Source of the DNA: an uncultured cyanobacterium
Lineage (GTDB): Bacteria; Cyanobacteriota; Cyanobacteriia; Cyanobacteriales; Nostocaceae
Direction of reading: 5' to 3'
DNA length: 64,000 bases
NCBI GenBank assembly: GCA_963740315.1
Contig: CAVUDP010000002.1
Location: forward strand, 1,408,001-1,472,000
Numbering within the stretch: the first letter of the stretch is position 1; each line of letters begins with the position of its first letter. Shown here piece after piece: positions 10,539 to 20,297 of the stretch. Position numbers and translations under genes: made by a program. Below the pieces are notes generated by a model. It was not told the origin of the DNA. It ran no database searches and was given only the letters and a program-made list of their open reading frames with translations.

Positions 10539-10943
10539 AGGTCGAAGCTTAAAAATAAGTTCTTGTGCCAACATTCAATTAAACATTTCGTTTAGGTATC
10601 GAGTAGGGAACGGTTATAGTAATATTTTTCTCTACTTACAATAAATTTATCTGGAATCCAACTAGTAATTTTAAATTAAATTTGGTGTAATTTAAGTAGA
10701 TTACTTAGGACAAATAAAACTATTAATACATTTATTCTCTGACTAAAAAGTAATAATTGTGACTACTGCCACTGAGGGTACGATGATGGTCTTTACATAA
10801 GTAGGGCGTTTGAGAATTAATCCAGTCAAAATTTAAACGTGGATATGAAAATTAATATATTTAGCTCAGATAGACTATAGTTTATCTGACATTCCTGCGT
10901 TACTCTGGATAACACCTGTGGTCTTGGAGAAATTGGCGATCGT

Positions 10944-13571
10944 ATGTCCTTTGTACCTTTACACATTCATAGTGACTATAGCTTGCTTGATGGTGCGTCT
11001 CAGTTGCCCGGTTTGATTGACCGTGCGATCGAATTGGGAATGAAGGCGATCGCGCTGACCGATCACGGGGTAATGTACGGCGCGGTTGAGTTAATAAAAA
11101 TATGTCGCAATAAAAGTTTCAAGCCGATTATCGGTAATGAAATGTATATTATTAACGGCGATATCACCAAGCAGGAACGCCGTCCCCGTTACCATCAGGT
11201 TGTTTTGGCGAAGAACAATCGGGGTTATAAGCATTTAACTAAGCTAACTACAATATCTCATTTGGAAGGGGTGCAGGGAAAAGGAATTTTTTCGCGTCCA
11301 TGCATAAATAAAGAATTATTAAAACAGTACCACGAAGATTTAATTGTTACCAGCGCTTGTCTGGGTGGAGAAATACCCCAAGCGATTATGAGCGGTAGAC
11401 CGGATGTAGCCAGGAGAGTGGCAAAATGGTATCAAGATACATTTGGTGAAGATTATTATTTAGAAATTCAAGACCACGGTTCTCAAGAAGACCGGGTTGT
11501 GAACGTAGAAATAGTCAAAATTGCCAGAGAATTGGGAATCAAGCTGATAGCAACTAACGATTCTCACTATACTTCTTGTAACGATGTAGAAGCCCACGAT
11601 GCCTTGCTGTGCATTCAAACAGGAAAGAAGATTTTTGAAGATAAACGAATGCGTTACAGCGGTACGGAATATTTAAAATCTGCCTCGGAAATGAAGCAGT
11701 TATTTCGCGATCATTTACCGGAAGATGTCATAGAAGAAGCTGTTACTAATACAGTAGAAGTTGCGGATAAAATTGAACCTTATGATATTTTAAGTGCCCC
11801 TAGAACTCCTCATTTTCCCATACCATCGGGTCACACTGCCGATACTTTTGTAGAAGAAGTAACTTGGGCGGGACTTTTAGAAAAGTTAAATCGTAAATCC
11901 CGCAGCGAAATAGATAATACTTATAAAGAAAGGCTGGAATACGAGTTAAGAATGATTCAGAAGATGGGTTTCTCTGAATACTTTTTAGTAGTGTGGGACT
12001 ACATCAAATTTGCTCGTGATAGTAATATTCCCGTAGGTCCGGGAAGAGGTTCGGCGGCTGGTTCTTTGGTAGCATACAGTATGGGTATAACGAATATTGA
12101 CCCCGTACATCATGGATTATTATTCGAGCGTTTCTTGAATCCAGAAAGAAAATCCATGCCTGATATTGATACGGATTTTTGTATAGAAAGCCGCGACAAA
12201 GTTATTGATTATGTAACTCGTCAATATGGAAAAGATAAAGTCGCTCAAATTATTACTTTTAACCGATTGACTTCTAAAGCGGTATTAAAAGATGTTGCCA
12301 GGGTGTTAGATATTCCTTACGGGGAAGCCGATAAAATGGCGAAATTAATTCCCGTAGCGAGGGGTAAACCAGCTAAGTTGAAAAAGATGATTGCCGACGA
12401 TACCCCGGAACCGCTATTTAAAGAAAGATACGATAACGATCCAGGAGTTAAACACTGGATAGACATGGCAATTCGCATCGAAGGAACCAACAAAACCTTC
12501 GGGGTTCATGCTGCGGGTGTGGTAATTTCAGCCGAACCTTTAGATGAAATTGTGCCGTTACAAAGGAATAATGATGGTTCTGTAATTACTCAATATTACA
12601 TGGAAGATATCGAATCGATGGGTTTGTTAAAAATGGACTTTTTGGGTTTAAGAAACCTAACCATGATTGATAAAACTATCGATTTAATCCAAGAAAAAAT
12701 AGGATATAGAATAGATCCCTACGATATTACTGCTCAAGAAAGAAAAGCACAAAAGATATTAGCTAAAGGTGGGGAAACAGCCAAACTTCCCAACGATGTC
12801 AGAAAAACTTACGAATTATTAGAAGCGGGAGATTTAGAAGGAATATTTCAGTTAGAATCTTCCGGAATGCGACAAATTGTTAGAGATTTGAAACCTTCCA
12901 ATATAGAAGATATCTCATCAATTTTAGCGCTTTATCGACCCGGACCATTAGATGCGGGATTAATTCCTAAGTTTATCGATCGCAAACACGGAAGAGAAGA
13001 AATTGCATACGATGCCAAAGTTTTAGAACCGATTCTTGATGAAACCTACGGAATTATGGTTTATCAAGAGCAAATCATGAAAATTGCTCAAGACATGGCT
13101 GGTTATTCCTTGGGGCAAGCCGATTTGCTGCGTCGAGCAATGGGTAAAAAGAAAGTATCAGAAATGCAGAAACATCGCGAAATTTTTATCGATGGTTCCG
13201 CAAAAAATGGAGTTAGCAAACAAATTGCCGAAGCATTATTCGAGCAAATGATTAAATTTGCAGAATATTGCTTGAGTTACGACACCGAAATTTTAACCGA
13301 AGAATATGGCTTGATGCCCATAGGTAAAATAGTTGAAAATAAAATTGAATGTACCGTGTATAGCGTCGATGAAAATGGGAATATTTACAGTCAAGCGATC
13401 GCACAGTGGCACGATCGCGGAATGCAAGAAGTATTTGAATATGAATTAGAAGATGGTTCGATAATTCGGGCTACTAAGGATCATAAATTTATGACAGTTG
13501 ACGGGGAAATGTTGAGTATTGATGAGATATTTGAAAGGGGATTGGAGTTGAAGCAGGTGAAGGGATTGTAG
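10944..13571 (+). CDS. dnaE: DNA polymerase III alpha subunit, N-terminal half, carrying a split N-intein
   Basis: PHP domain ([16 protein letters not shown]), [18 protein letters not shown]; ends [15 protein letters not shown]... which is the DnaE N-intein. Confidence 0.98.
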   Translation: MSFVPLHIHSDYSLLDGASQLPGLIDRAIELGMKAIALTDHGVMYGAVELIKICRNKSFKPIIGNEMYIINGDITKQERRPRYHQVVLAKNNRGYKHLTKLTTISHLEGVQGKGIFSRPCINKELLKQYHEDLIVTSACLGGEIPQAIMSGRPDVARRVAKWYQDTFGEDYYLEIQDHGSQEDRVVNVEIVKIARELGIKLIATNDSHYTSCNDVEAHDALLCIQTGKKIFEDKRMRYSGTEYLKSASEMKQLFRDHLPEDVIEEAVTNTVEVADKIEPYDILSAPRTPHFPIPSGHTADTFVEEVTWAGLLEKLNRKSRSEIDNTYKERLEYELRMIQKMGFSEYFLVVWDYIKFARDSNIPVGPGRGSAAGSLVAYSMGITNIDPVHHGLLFERFLNPERKSMPDIDTDFCIESRDKVIDYVTRQYGKDKVAQIITFNRLTSKAVLKDVARVLDIPYGEADKMAKLIPVARGKPAKLKKMIADDTPEPLFKERYDNDPGVKHWIDMAIRIEGTNKTFGVHAAGVVISAEPLDEIVPLQRNNDGSVITQYYMEDIESMGLLKMDFLGLRNLTMIDKTIDLIQEKIGYRIDPYDITAQERKAQKILAKGGETAKLPNDVRKTYELLEAGDLEGIFQLESSGMRQIVRDLKPSNIEDISSILALYRPGPLDAGLIPKFIDRKHGREEIAYDAKVLEPILDETYGIMVYQEQIMKIAQDMAGYSLGQADLLRRAMGKKKVSEMQKHREIFIDGSAKNGVSKQIAEALFEQMIKFAEYCLSYDTEILTEEYGLMPIGKIVENKIECTVYSVDENGNIYSQAIAQWHDRGMQEVFEYELEDGSIIRATKDHKFMTVDGEMLSIDEIFERGLELKQVKGL
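13269..13568 (+). other. Split DnaE intein, N-fragment (about 100 aa)
   Basis: [10 protein letters not shown]...ATKDHKFMT (block A Cys1, block B TxxH), similar to the Npu/Ssp DnaE-N inteins. Confidence 0.97.
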
Positions 13572-13618
13572 GGTGTGTGACGTTTTGAGGAATTGAAGTG
13601 TTTATAGCGTCACGCACC
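13568..13618 (+). repeat. GTAGGGTG...CGCACC REP family (other copies at about 5732-5799, 42873-42903, 46109-46140, 46225-46255, 47168-47196, 58851-58912)
   Basis: Recurrent GTAGGGTG(T/C)GT(T/G)A...T(A/C)ACGCACC hairpins in intergenic DNA. Confidence 0.85.
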
Positions 13619-13707
13619 GATGATAATTTATAGTTATATGAAATTAAGATATTAAACCGCAGAGACGCTGAGAACGCTGAGGAAGAGGGAATAGAGAGAA
13701 TTTGGAA

Positions 13708-14328
13708 TTAAGCAGCAACAAGATTATCTAACTGTAATTCACATTGTTGAAATATGTAATTAACAGCAGCAAATATTTTATCTAGCTCGTAGATAGTGTA
13801 AGGGGTATTGTCTTTAGTAAATAAATTATTTTCTAGTTTTCCAAATTGCCAGCGATCGCCATTTGAAACAATACCGAAAATGGTTACTTGAATCTCTTTA
13901 TTAAGACTTTTTGCAGTAATCATTTCTGCCAAACATTGCGCCCAACCTCCCTCAAAGTCGTCTTGTTTGGCTTCTACTAAAATAAAATACGGCTTATCAA
14001 ATACGATTTTTCCTAAAGATGACCTTTTAGCAAGAATATATTCGGGGAAACCTGATAAATTCTCATCATAATTTAGTGAATGGTGACTCCACAAAGTAAA
14101 CTTACTGTTATAAAGTTTCCAAACTTCTTTTAAAACTGGATAGATAATATTTTCACAAATAGCAAACTCCGAACTATAAACAACTCCTTCCCGCATTACT
14201 ATTTCTAAATCTTCTCGGAAGTAATCGGGAATATTAAATTCAGCTTCAGTCATGAAATTTGCTTCAGTATAGGTGACTTGAAACGCTTTGAGTACTTCAC
14301 TAAGGGTTTTGTAACTGCTGAAAGACAT
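13708..14328 (-). CDS. Conserved cyanobacterial hypothetical protein, PD-(D/E)XK restriction-endonuclease-like fold
   Basis: SGFPEY...LVEAKQ...WAQCLAEM...GIVSNG..WQFGKL; paralog at 42978-43592. Confidence 0.7.
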   Translation of the reverse strand: MSFSSYKTLSEVLKAFQVTYTEANFMTEAEFNIPDYFREDLEIVMREGVVYSSEFAICENIIYPVLKEVWKLYNSKFTLWSHHSLNYDENLSGFPEYILAKRSSLGKIVFDKPYFILVEAKQDDFEGGWAQCLAEMITAKSLNKEIQVTIFGIVSNGDRWQFGKLENNLFTKDNTPYTIYELDKIFAAVNYIFQQCELQLDNLVAA

Positions 14329-14374
14329 ATGTTTTTATTTTTTACGTTTTCATTAAATCAACTAATACTAATCC

Positions 14375-15550
14375 TCACCAACTTTCAGTCATTCTGTTTA
14401 AATCGGCAACACAAGCAGCGCTTTGTCCGGGAGTGGTAGCAGATGTTTCTATAATAAACTTAACCGTCCATGTACCGTTACTATAAGTACCTTCGATTTC
14501 GTCTCCTTTTAAACGAAATAATGAGGTAGAAGGTAAATCTGGATTCCAGTAATCGGTACGACAAGCACGAACATAAGAAAAATCTGAAACAATTTTTTCT
14601 AATAAATTAAAGATTGGTGTTCTTGCATTTCCCCAACTATGGTTGGGTAATCGCGGCTGTTGTTTTTGAGGTACGCTTGGAGGTAATATTTCGTCGCGAA
14701 ATGATTCAAACCTTCCTTTAAAAGTTTCGTGAAAAATTTGTCCTGTAGGTGAAAGTTCTAAATAAATATCATCATTATCGTTAGAATCAATTCTTTCTAC
14801 CAAAGCTTCCAAGCGTTCATCCCAATCATTTTCTATCTCGCTGTATAATACAATTTCACCTCTATCAAGCGCAGTTAATAATCCACTTTTTTCTAACCAT
14901 ATACTAAAGTCAAGTGCAATTGGCATTGGAGGAAAGGCTATAATCTCACTAAAGAATTCGTGTTTATAATAAACTGGAACTTCTAGAGATTGTCCCATTA
15001 ATACTCCAATAGCTATTTGTGCTTTGTACCCTCCAGTAGCGTTGATAGCACAGTAACTCGCATTTCTTTCTCGGACAACTTTACTAATTATTTTAGTAAG
15101 ATTTCTTAGTCCTTTGGTACGAAAAAGTTTAGGGTCTTTATCTTGTAAATGTTCGATTTTATATAGTTCGGTTTTATGCCCTTCAGCTTCGTAGTAATGT
15201 TGAAGAATATTAGCAATATTTTCACCTTGTTCTGTTGCTGAATAGCAGAAGACAAGCAAAGAATTTTCTGCACAATATTCACGCTGAATTAAGTCGGTAA
15301 TAGAATTGATTTCAGCACCGCACAATCTTATAGTTGCTGGAATTGTTGCTAATAGTTGTGCTACATCATCCCAATTTTCGTTATTAAATGCTGTTTTAAG
15401 GTTAGTAACTAATTCTAATGTTAGATACTTCTGGTCTTTTTGTGGTTGTCTTGATAGCCAGTTCTCGTAATGTTCTGGAGATGGAAGTCCTTGAAGATTT
15501 GGTCTAAATAAACTTGTTCCTAAAGTAGAAATTAATGTGTTTGTTTTCAT
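14375..15550 (-). CDS. CRISPR-associated CARF protein (Cas_APE2256 family): CARF + wHTH + C-terminal effector domain
   Basis: ISTLGTS, GAEINS, INATGGYKAQ, VYYKHE...FPPMP and LELSPTG motifs; last gene of the csm operon. Confidence 0.88.
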   Translation of the reverse strand: MKTNTLISTLGTSLFRPNLQGLPSPEHYENWLSRQPQKDQKYLTLELVTNLKTAFNNENWDDVAQLLATIPATIRLCGAEINSITDLIQREYCAENSLLVFCYSATEQGENIANILQHYYEAEGHKTELYKIEHLQDKDPKLFRTKGLRNLTKIISKVVRERNASYCAINATGGYKAQIAIGVLMGQSLEVPVYYKHEFFSEIIAFPPMPIALDFSIWLEKSGLLTALDRGEIVLYSEIENDWDERLEALVERIDSNDNDDIYLELSPTGQIFHETFKGRFESFRDEILPPSVPQKQQPRLPNHSWGNARTPIFNLLEKIVSDFSYVRACRTDYWNPDLPSTSLFRLKGDEIEGTYSNGTWTVKFIIETSATTPGQSAACVADLNRMTESW

Positions 15551-15562
15551 GATGATTTTTCC

Positions 15563-16330
15563 TTAAATATGTTGAACAATTTGTGTCTGTCCCATTCCCA
15601 ACCGGGTTTTCATTCCCGTACCTGCAAACTCTGCATAATTAACTAACAAATGAGCTACATTCGCTAACAATTCATCAGCACGGTTGAAAACTTGTAACGT
15701 CACATCTCCCACAAATCCATTTACATAACCTTTTTGTAATTGCCAACCTCGTGTTTGAATCTTATGATGTTTAAATAAAATTGCTTCGTTAAGGTAGGCT
15801 ATTAAATCATCGCTTCCTAAGTAAACGGGTGCAAAATGATTCCAACGTTCCAACCAGCTACGAAACATTGATACAGGGATGGGAAGAGGTAAGTTTGTTT
15901 TACCTTGTGAAAATGCTGTCGGTGTAATAAATTGCAGTTCAAATTTTCTGATGGGTTCTGGTTCGTTAGCTACTAAATTTGTATAAAGTTCTTCGTAGCT
16001 GGTAATTTTATCTTCCCGGTTAATGACGTTAAATTTTGCACCGAGAAATTCTAAGTTTTCTGATAGTTGTAATGATAAAATTGATTTAGCAGAAATTTCG
16101 CTGATTCCAGATAAGGCTAAATTATAAAATTCTTCTGGATGGAAAGTAAAAAAGTCTTTGTTGGTGGAATAATAACCAAGGATTCCGGAGTAAGAAGTTG
16201 AAGGTATTTTTTCGCTTCCTAACTCTAAATCTAGTTGTTGATGCAGTTGTTTTACTAGTTCTAAATTGTAGGAACGGGGTAAAACTGTCGGTTCGGATAC
16301 TGTTAATGTCCAATTAGAACGAATTAGCAT
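15563..16330 (-). CDS. cas6: CRISPR endoribonuclease Cas6
   Basis: LQFITPTAF, SWLERWNHF and the C-terminal Gly-rich loop GTGMKTRLGMG. Confidence 0.95.
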   Translation of the reverse strand: MLIRSNWTLTVSEPTVLPRSYNLELVKQLHQQLDLELGSEKIPSTSYSGILGYYSTNKDFFTFHPEEFYNLALSGISEISAKSILSLQLSENLEFLGAKFNVINREDKITSYEELYTNLVANEPEPIRKFELQFITPTAFSQGKTNLPLPIPVSMFRSWLERWNHFAPVYLGSDDLIAYLNEAILFKHHKIQTRGWQLQKGYVNGFVGDVTLQVFNRADELLANVAHLLVNYAEFAGTGMKTRLGMGQTQIVQHI

Positions 16331-16340
16331 AATTATAAAA

Positions 16341-17621
16341 CTATTTAACTTTGAATTTCACCCATCCCGGTACAAATTTGATATCACCACTTGGAGTTTT
16401 TACAGTTCTTCTACTTTTTGGGGCTTCAAAATCAGTTGCTTTCAAACCGCAAGTATCGCGGATTTCTGCTCTTAAATCGTCAGGAAAACACAAACCAACG
16501 GTAATTCCTGTCATTCCGCTACCCCAACCCAACCTAAGTTGATACGGACATTTTTCTGATTCGTACAATTCGCGGATATAACTAAAATTTAAATTTTTGC
16601 CTGCTGCGTTAGGATTATTTTCAATATTTTGCCAGTAATCGTGTTCGTAATCCCATTGTTCTTGAGCGAATTCTTGACAAATTTTTAAAAGTTCATCAAG
16701 GTTATTAAATGGTAATTTCATTCCTTGGTTATGTTTGAACCATGAAAGCATTTCTGTATCTAAACTAAGAGTAAATTCTGTATCAACTTGTTTTACCATT
16801 TCAGCGTAGATAGAAGCTCGATATTTAGCGGAATAATCGGGAAATCTACTTGAAACTATCACTTCAGGAACTACAGGTAAATTAAGAGGTATTCGTCTTC
16901 CATTTGTGGCTATTGCCGATTTTTCTAAAAGTGGTTGTGAATCTGTTACTTGTAGCGCTCTTAAAATATCGGTATTTTGACTTGTACCGGAGAAAGTTCT
17001 ATCTTGATAAGTAAGACTGTAATCAGAAAAGAAACTATCCATAAACATATCATCAGCAAACTTTTGGTTACGTTTATTGCTGAGTTCTCCTATATTTTTT
17101 CTTAACTTTTCTTCAATTGCGCTTACTCGTTGATTTGATGGTACTTGGTAACTATCTGCGTGTTTTAATAGATGATAGGCGATCGCAGTTCTTATGGCTC
17201 CTTTAATTGAGGAACCAGGGATAAATAATTCTCCCATTCCGTTACGAATCATCGGACGTAAATCTGTAATTTTATCTTCCGTCCATTTGCGACTTATGAA
17301 AATATCGGGAAAATTTTTTTCTCCATTAGCTGCTGTAGTATTCCACCATTCTTTACCAAAAGCGTTTTCTAATAGTCTGCTAATATCTTCTCGTTGTTCA
17401 ATTACGGTGATGTAGTCATTTAAAAAGCTTCCTCCCTGTTGATATAAAGCTTTAGTTAACGCTTCTTGATTGGGAAGATAAACTTTTTTTGATGTCTGTA
17501 CGTATTCAAAGGGATTTAATCGGGATACTGATGAACCAATATGTAGTATAGGACTGGTTAAACGTATCTTTTTTGATTCGTAAACTTGAGGTTTATTGAG
17601 TGGAGGAAAAGTTGATTTCAT
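16341..17621 (-). CDS. csm5: Type III-A RAMP protein Csm5
   Basis: LHIGS, FIPGSSIKGAIRTA, LRLGWGSG, PKSRR and PGWV motifs. Confidence 0.93.
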   Translation of the reverse strand: MKSTFPPLNKPQVYESKKIRLTSPILHIGSSVSRLNPFEYVQTSKKVYLPNQEALTKALYQQGGSFLNDYITVIEQREDISRLLENAFGKEWWNTTAANGEKNFPDIFISRKWTEDKITDLRPMIRNGMGELFIPGSSIKGAIRTAIAYHLLKHADSYQVPSNQRVSAIEEKLRKNIGELSNKRNQKFADDMFMDSFFSDYSLTYQDRTFSGTSQNTDILRALQVTDSQPLLEKSAIATNGRRIPLNLPVVPEVIVSSRFPDYSAKYRASIYAEMVKQVDTEFTLSLDTEMLSWFKHNQGMKLPFNNLDELLKICQEFAQEQWDYEHDYWQNIENNPNAAGKNLNFSYIRELYESEKCPYQLRLGWGSGMTGITVGLCFPDDLRAEIRDTCGLKATDFEAPKSRRTVKTPSGDIKFVPGWVKFKVK

Positions 17622-17644
17622 TTATTTAATGTTTAATGATATCT

Positions 17645-17691
17645 GGCGGTTGAAACCGCAGCTACACAAGCAAAGTCCGCCTGCGCGGACT
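17645..17691 (-). repeat. REP-like double hairpin between csm4 and csm5
   Basis: GGCGGTTGAAACCGC and AGTCCGCCTGCGCGGACT hairpins, with GTAG on the minus strand. Confidence 0.6.
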
Positions 17692-17702
17692 ATAATTATT
17701 AG

Positions 17703-18740
17703 TTAAATTTGTTGTATTTTGATTGGTAAACTTAAACCAATACCATTACGATAAATGCGATGTCTTTTAAATTGATTTGGCGTTACGTCTACTAATTTTC
17801 CCTCTGGTTGCTGTGAGAAAACAGAACCTTCTATAAACATCCGCACCTTTTTACGACGCAGGTTCATATCTCCTATCCAACCACCGCATTCTATAATTTC
17901 ATAAGCAGAGTTTTTCAGGAATTCTTGAGATATATCTGAATCCCAAAATAAGCTAATTAATTCGTGATGAGTTCCTTTTGCTTCAACTACATCACGCCAA
18001 CTTTTTGGTAATTCCAACCATTCGATTTCAAACCTTCCCGCACCGCTAGAACGTTCTCCACCTAATCCTTCTTCTCCTAATAACTCTAAAGCTGCTTTTA
18101 GTTGATTGGCTAGTTTTTCACCTTCGGGAGTGAATTTTAATAGGAAGTATAAACCCGATATGCTTTTCTCCCATTGAAATTGTACGAAACCTGTATGGTA
18201 AAAGTTAGTTGCTCTAGTAGTTCTGTCTATTGCGACTTTCGGATGTTTGTCGATTTCGTAAGCTTGGCTGTAATTAAAAACTCCAGCTTTATCTAATTTA
18301 CCGTTAGTTTCCTTAGTGTTAGTTCTGTCAATTAATTCTTGAATATCTTCGTTGTTAATTCCATCATTTTGATACCATCTTCGCCAAACTTCTAAAGGTA
18401 AATAACTCAGCTTTTTATAAGTTTTGAAAAAATCTAAGTCTTCCTTTGGATAATTAATCGGAAACTGTTGAGGACGAGGAAGATAGTATATAGTTGTATT
18501 TTCTTTTTGATGGTAAATAAAGGTAGAACTCATCCGCACGGGTGGAGAAGATGCATTAAATTTATCCAATAAGCTTTCAATCGCATCTTTACCGAATAAC
18601 CTTGCATAAACACTCATCCAAGCACTAAATAATGTGTCAGACTGGACTCTTTCTACAGTTTCTTCCATCCCAATACCCAATCGACCAAAATGAGCGGGAT
18701 TACTGCCAAAATTGAGTTTAATTAACTTCCAATTGCTCAT
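17703..18740 (-). CDS. csm4: Type III-A RAMP protein Csm4
   Basis: AHFG, SDTLFSA, SSTF, GLGGERSSGAGRF and EGSVF motifs. Confidence 0.94.
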   Translation of the reverse strand: MSNWKLIKLNFGSNPAHFGRLGIGMEETVERVQSDTLFSAWMSVYARLFGKDAIESLLDKFNASSPPVRMSSTFIYHQKENTTIYYLPRPQQFPINYPKEDLDFFKTYKKLSYLPLEVWRRWYQNDGINNEDIQELIDRTNTKETNGKLDKAGVFNYSQAYEIDKHPKVAIDRTTRATNFYHTGFVQFQWEKSISGLYFLLKFTPEGEKLANQLKAALELLGEEGLGGERSSGAGRFEIEWLELPKSWRDVVEAKGTHHELISLFWDSDISQEFLKNSAYEIIECGGWIGDMNLRRKKVRMFIEGSVFSQQPEGKLVDVTPNQFKRHRIYRNGIGLSLPIKIQQI

Positions 18741-19710
18741 GCTTTACCTTCTGCTGGGGGTAAACGCTTTTGAATTTCGCTGGTTAAACTACCAAAATTT
18801 TCTAATAAAACAGAGGTATCGGCTACTGTTTGAATAGGTTTAAGAAAGTCTGTTCCCCCACCTGTAATTTTTTTGTATTGATCTAAGTTGCGATAGTATA
18901 ATTGAAAGTTTTTAAACCGAACTTTACCGTATCCCCGCGAACCATGTCCCCCTAAAGCATCGTCTTCAAGAATTGCTAAAGCTATGGCAATATTTTGTAA
19001 GTCTTCTATAGCTTGTTCGGCATCTTCGACGGTATAAACAAGTTCAAAATTGAATTGAGAACCTGCTGGTACTCTTTCTAACTGTCGGGGGTTTGCTGCT
19101 GCGGTTACTCTATCGATACCATTTTCAAACTTCCATTCGGTCATGTAAATACCGTATCAATTTCTCGAAGTTTGGTTGCAGATTCTTCTACTAAATGACA
19201 GTCTCGCACCATTAAACGTGCTGGAGCGTTACGTCCGCGATTGATTTTTGTGCAGTTTTGATTTTGAATTGTACGAGTAGGACTATCATTTTCTAATAAT
19301 CCTTCTTGTGTAGCTACATCAATTGGCATCCAAAATTTAGAACCGCCAGTAGAACCAAATAACCTGCTTATTTGACAAGTTCGTGCGCCTTCATAAGGAA
19401 TAAATAACCCATCAATTTCTGTATAACCATCGACCAAATCATCACTTTCATAGCGATAAGTATTGCTTCCCCCGGTTCTATTTAGAGGTTTATTTTGCAA
19501 TCTTTCTAATATAGAACGTAGCTTTCCTTTTATTGAAGAACCAGGTAAATAGGGATATTTTGTTAAAGGATCGCGAATTACAGGTTTATCGATTCCACCT
19601 ATATCTAAAGTTTCGCCACCTCCGCCTATATGTAAACCAGTTTCTACATTAATATGACTGGTTAAACGGATTTTTCCGAGTAAAGGTTTTTGTGTTAATG
19701 ATGCAGGCAT
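18737..19710 (-). pseudogene. csm3: Csm3 (Cas7) split by a 1-bp deletion at about 19150 into 189 aa and 135 aa ORFs
   Basis: N-half TGLHIGGG, GGIDKPVIRDP, YLPGSSIKGKLRS; C-half KFENGIDR, ANPRQLERVPAG, LGGHGSRGYG; the junction GATACGGTATTTACATGACC would read DTGIYMT with one extra G. Confidence 0.9.
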
Positions 19711-19779
19711 ATTTCAATTTTGGATTTTGGATTTGGGATTTGGGATTGAATATTCTATGTGTCAGATTAAAGCTGAAAA

Positions 19780-20295
19780 TTATTTTCCACCTTCTGCTTT
19801 GTGGTAGGCAATGATTGATTCAATTAATTGAACTAATCTTTCAAAATCTTGTTTATTGTGAACTGCGTCTATCGCTACTTTCATCACATCGCTCAAAGGT
19901 TTAGCAGCTTTTTGTCTTGCTGCTGCGTATGCTAATTTAGGTTTTAATAAGACTATATCAGTTTCAATCTTGGAGAAATCACCTGTATCTGCTAGAACCG
20001 CTTTTAGTCTATTTATTGCATCTAAAAATTTACGAACTTGGTTTGTTTCTAGTTTGTCACGTTTTAAACAAGGACCAAATTCTTCAGCATGTTTAACTAA
20101 ATCTCGAATCGGATAATCCTTTAACTTATTATCCAAACTGTTGATTTTATCGATAATGTCCTTGACAATATCCGTAGATTGATTGCTGTTATTACGCGAG
20201 TTAGATTGTCCCCTATTAGTATTAGTTCGATTTTCAGATCCCTTCGGTGACGGTGTTGGAACTGGACGATTAACTGGTCTATTAGGTTGTGTCAT
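19780..20295 (-). CDS. csm2: Type III-A small subunit Csm2 with a low-complexity N-terminal extension
   Basis: TNQVRKFLD, LLKPKLAYAAAR and ESIIAYHK motifs. Confidence 0.95.
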   Translation of the reverse strand: MTQPNRPVNRPVPTPSPKGSENRTNTNRGQSNSRNNSNQSTDIVKDIIDKINSLDNKLKDYPIRDLVKHAEEFGPCLKRDKLETNQVRKFLDAINRLKAVLADTGDFSKIETDIVLLKPKLAYAAARQKAAKPLSDVMKVAIDAVHNKQDFERLVQLIESIIAYHKAEGGK

Positions 20296-20297
20296 AA

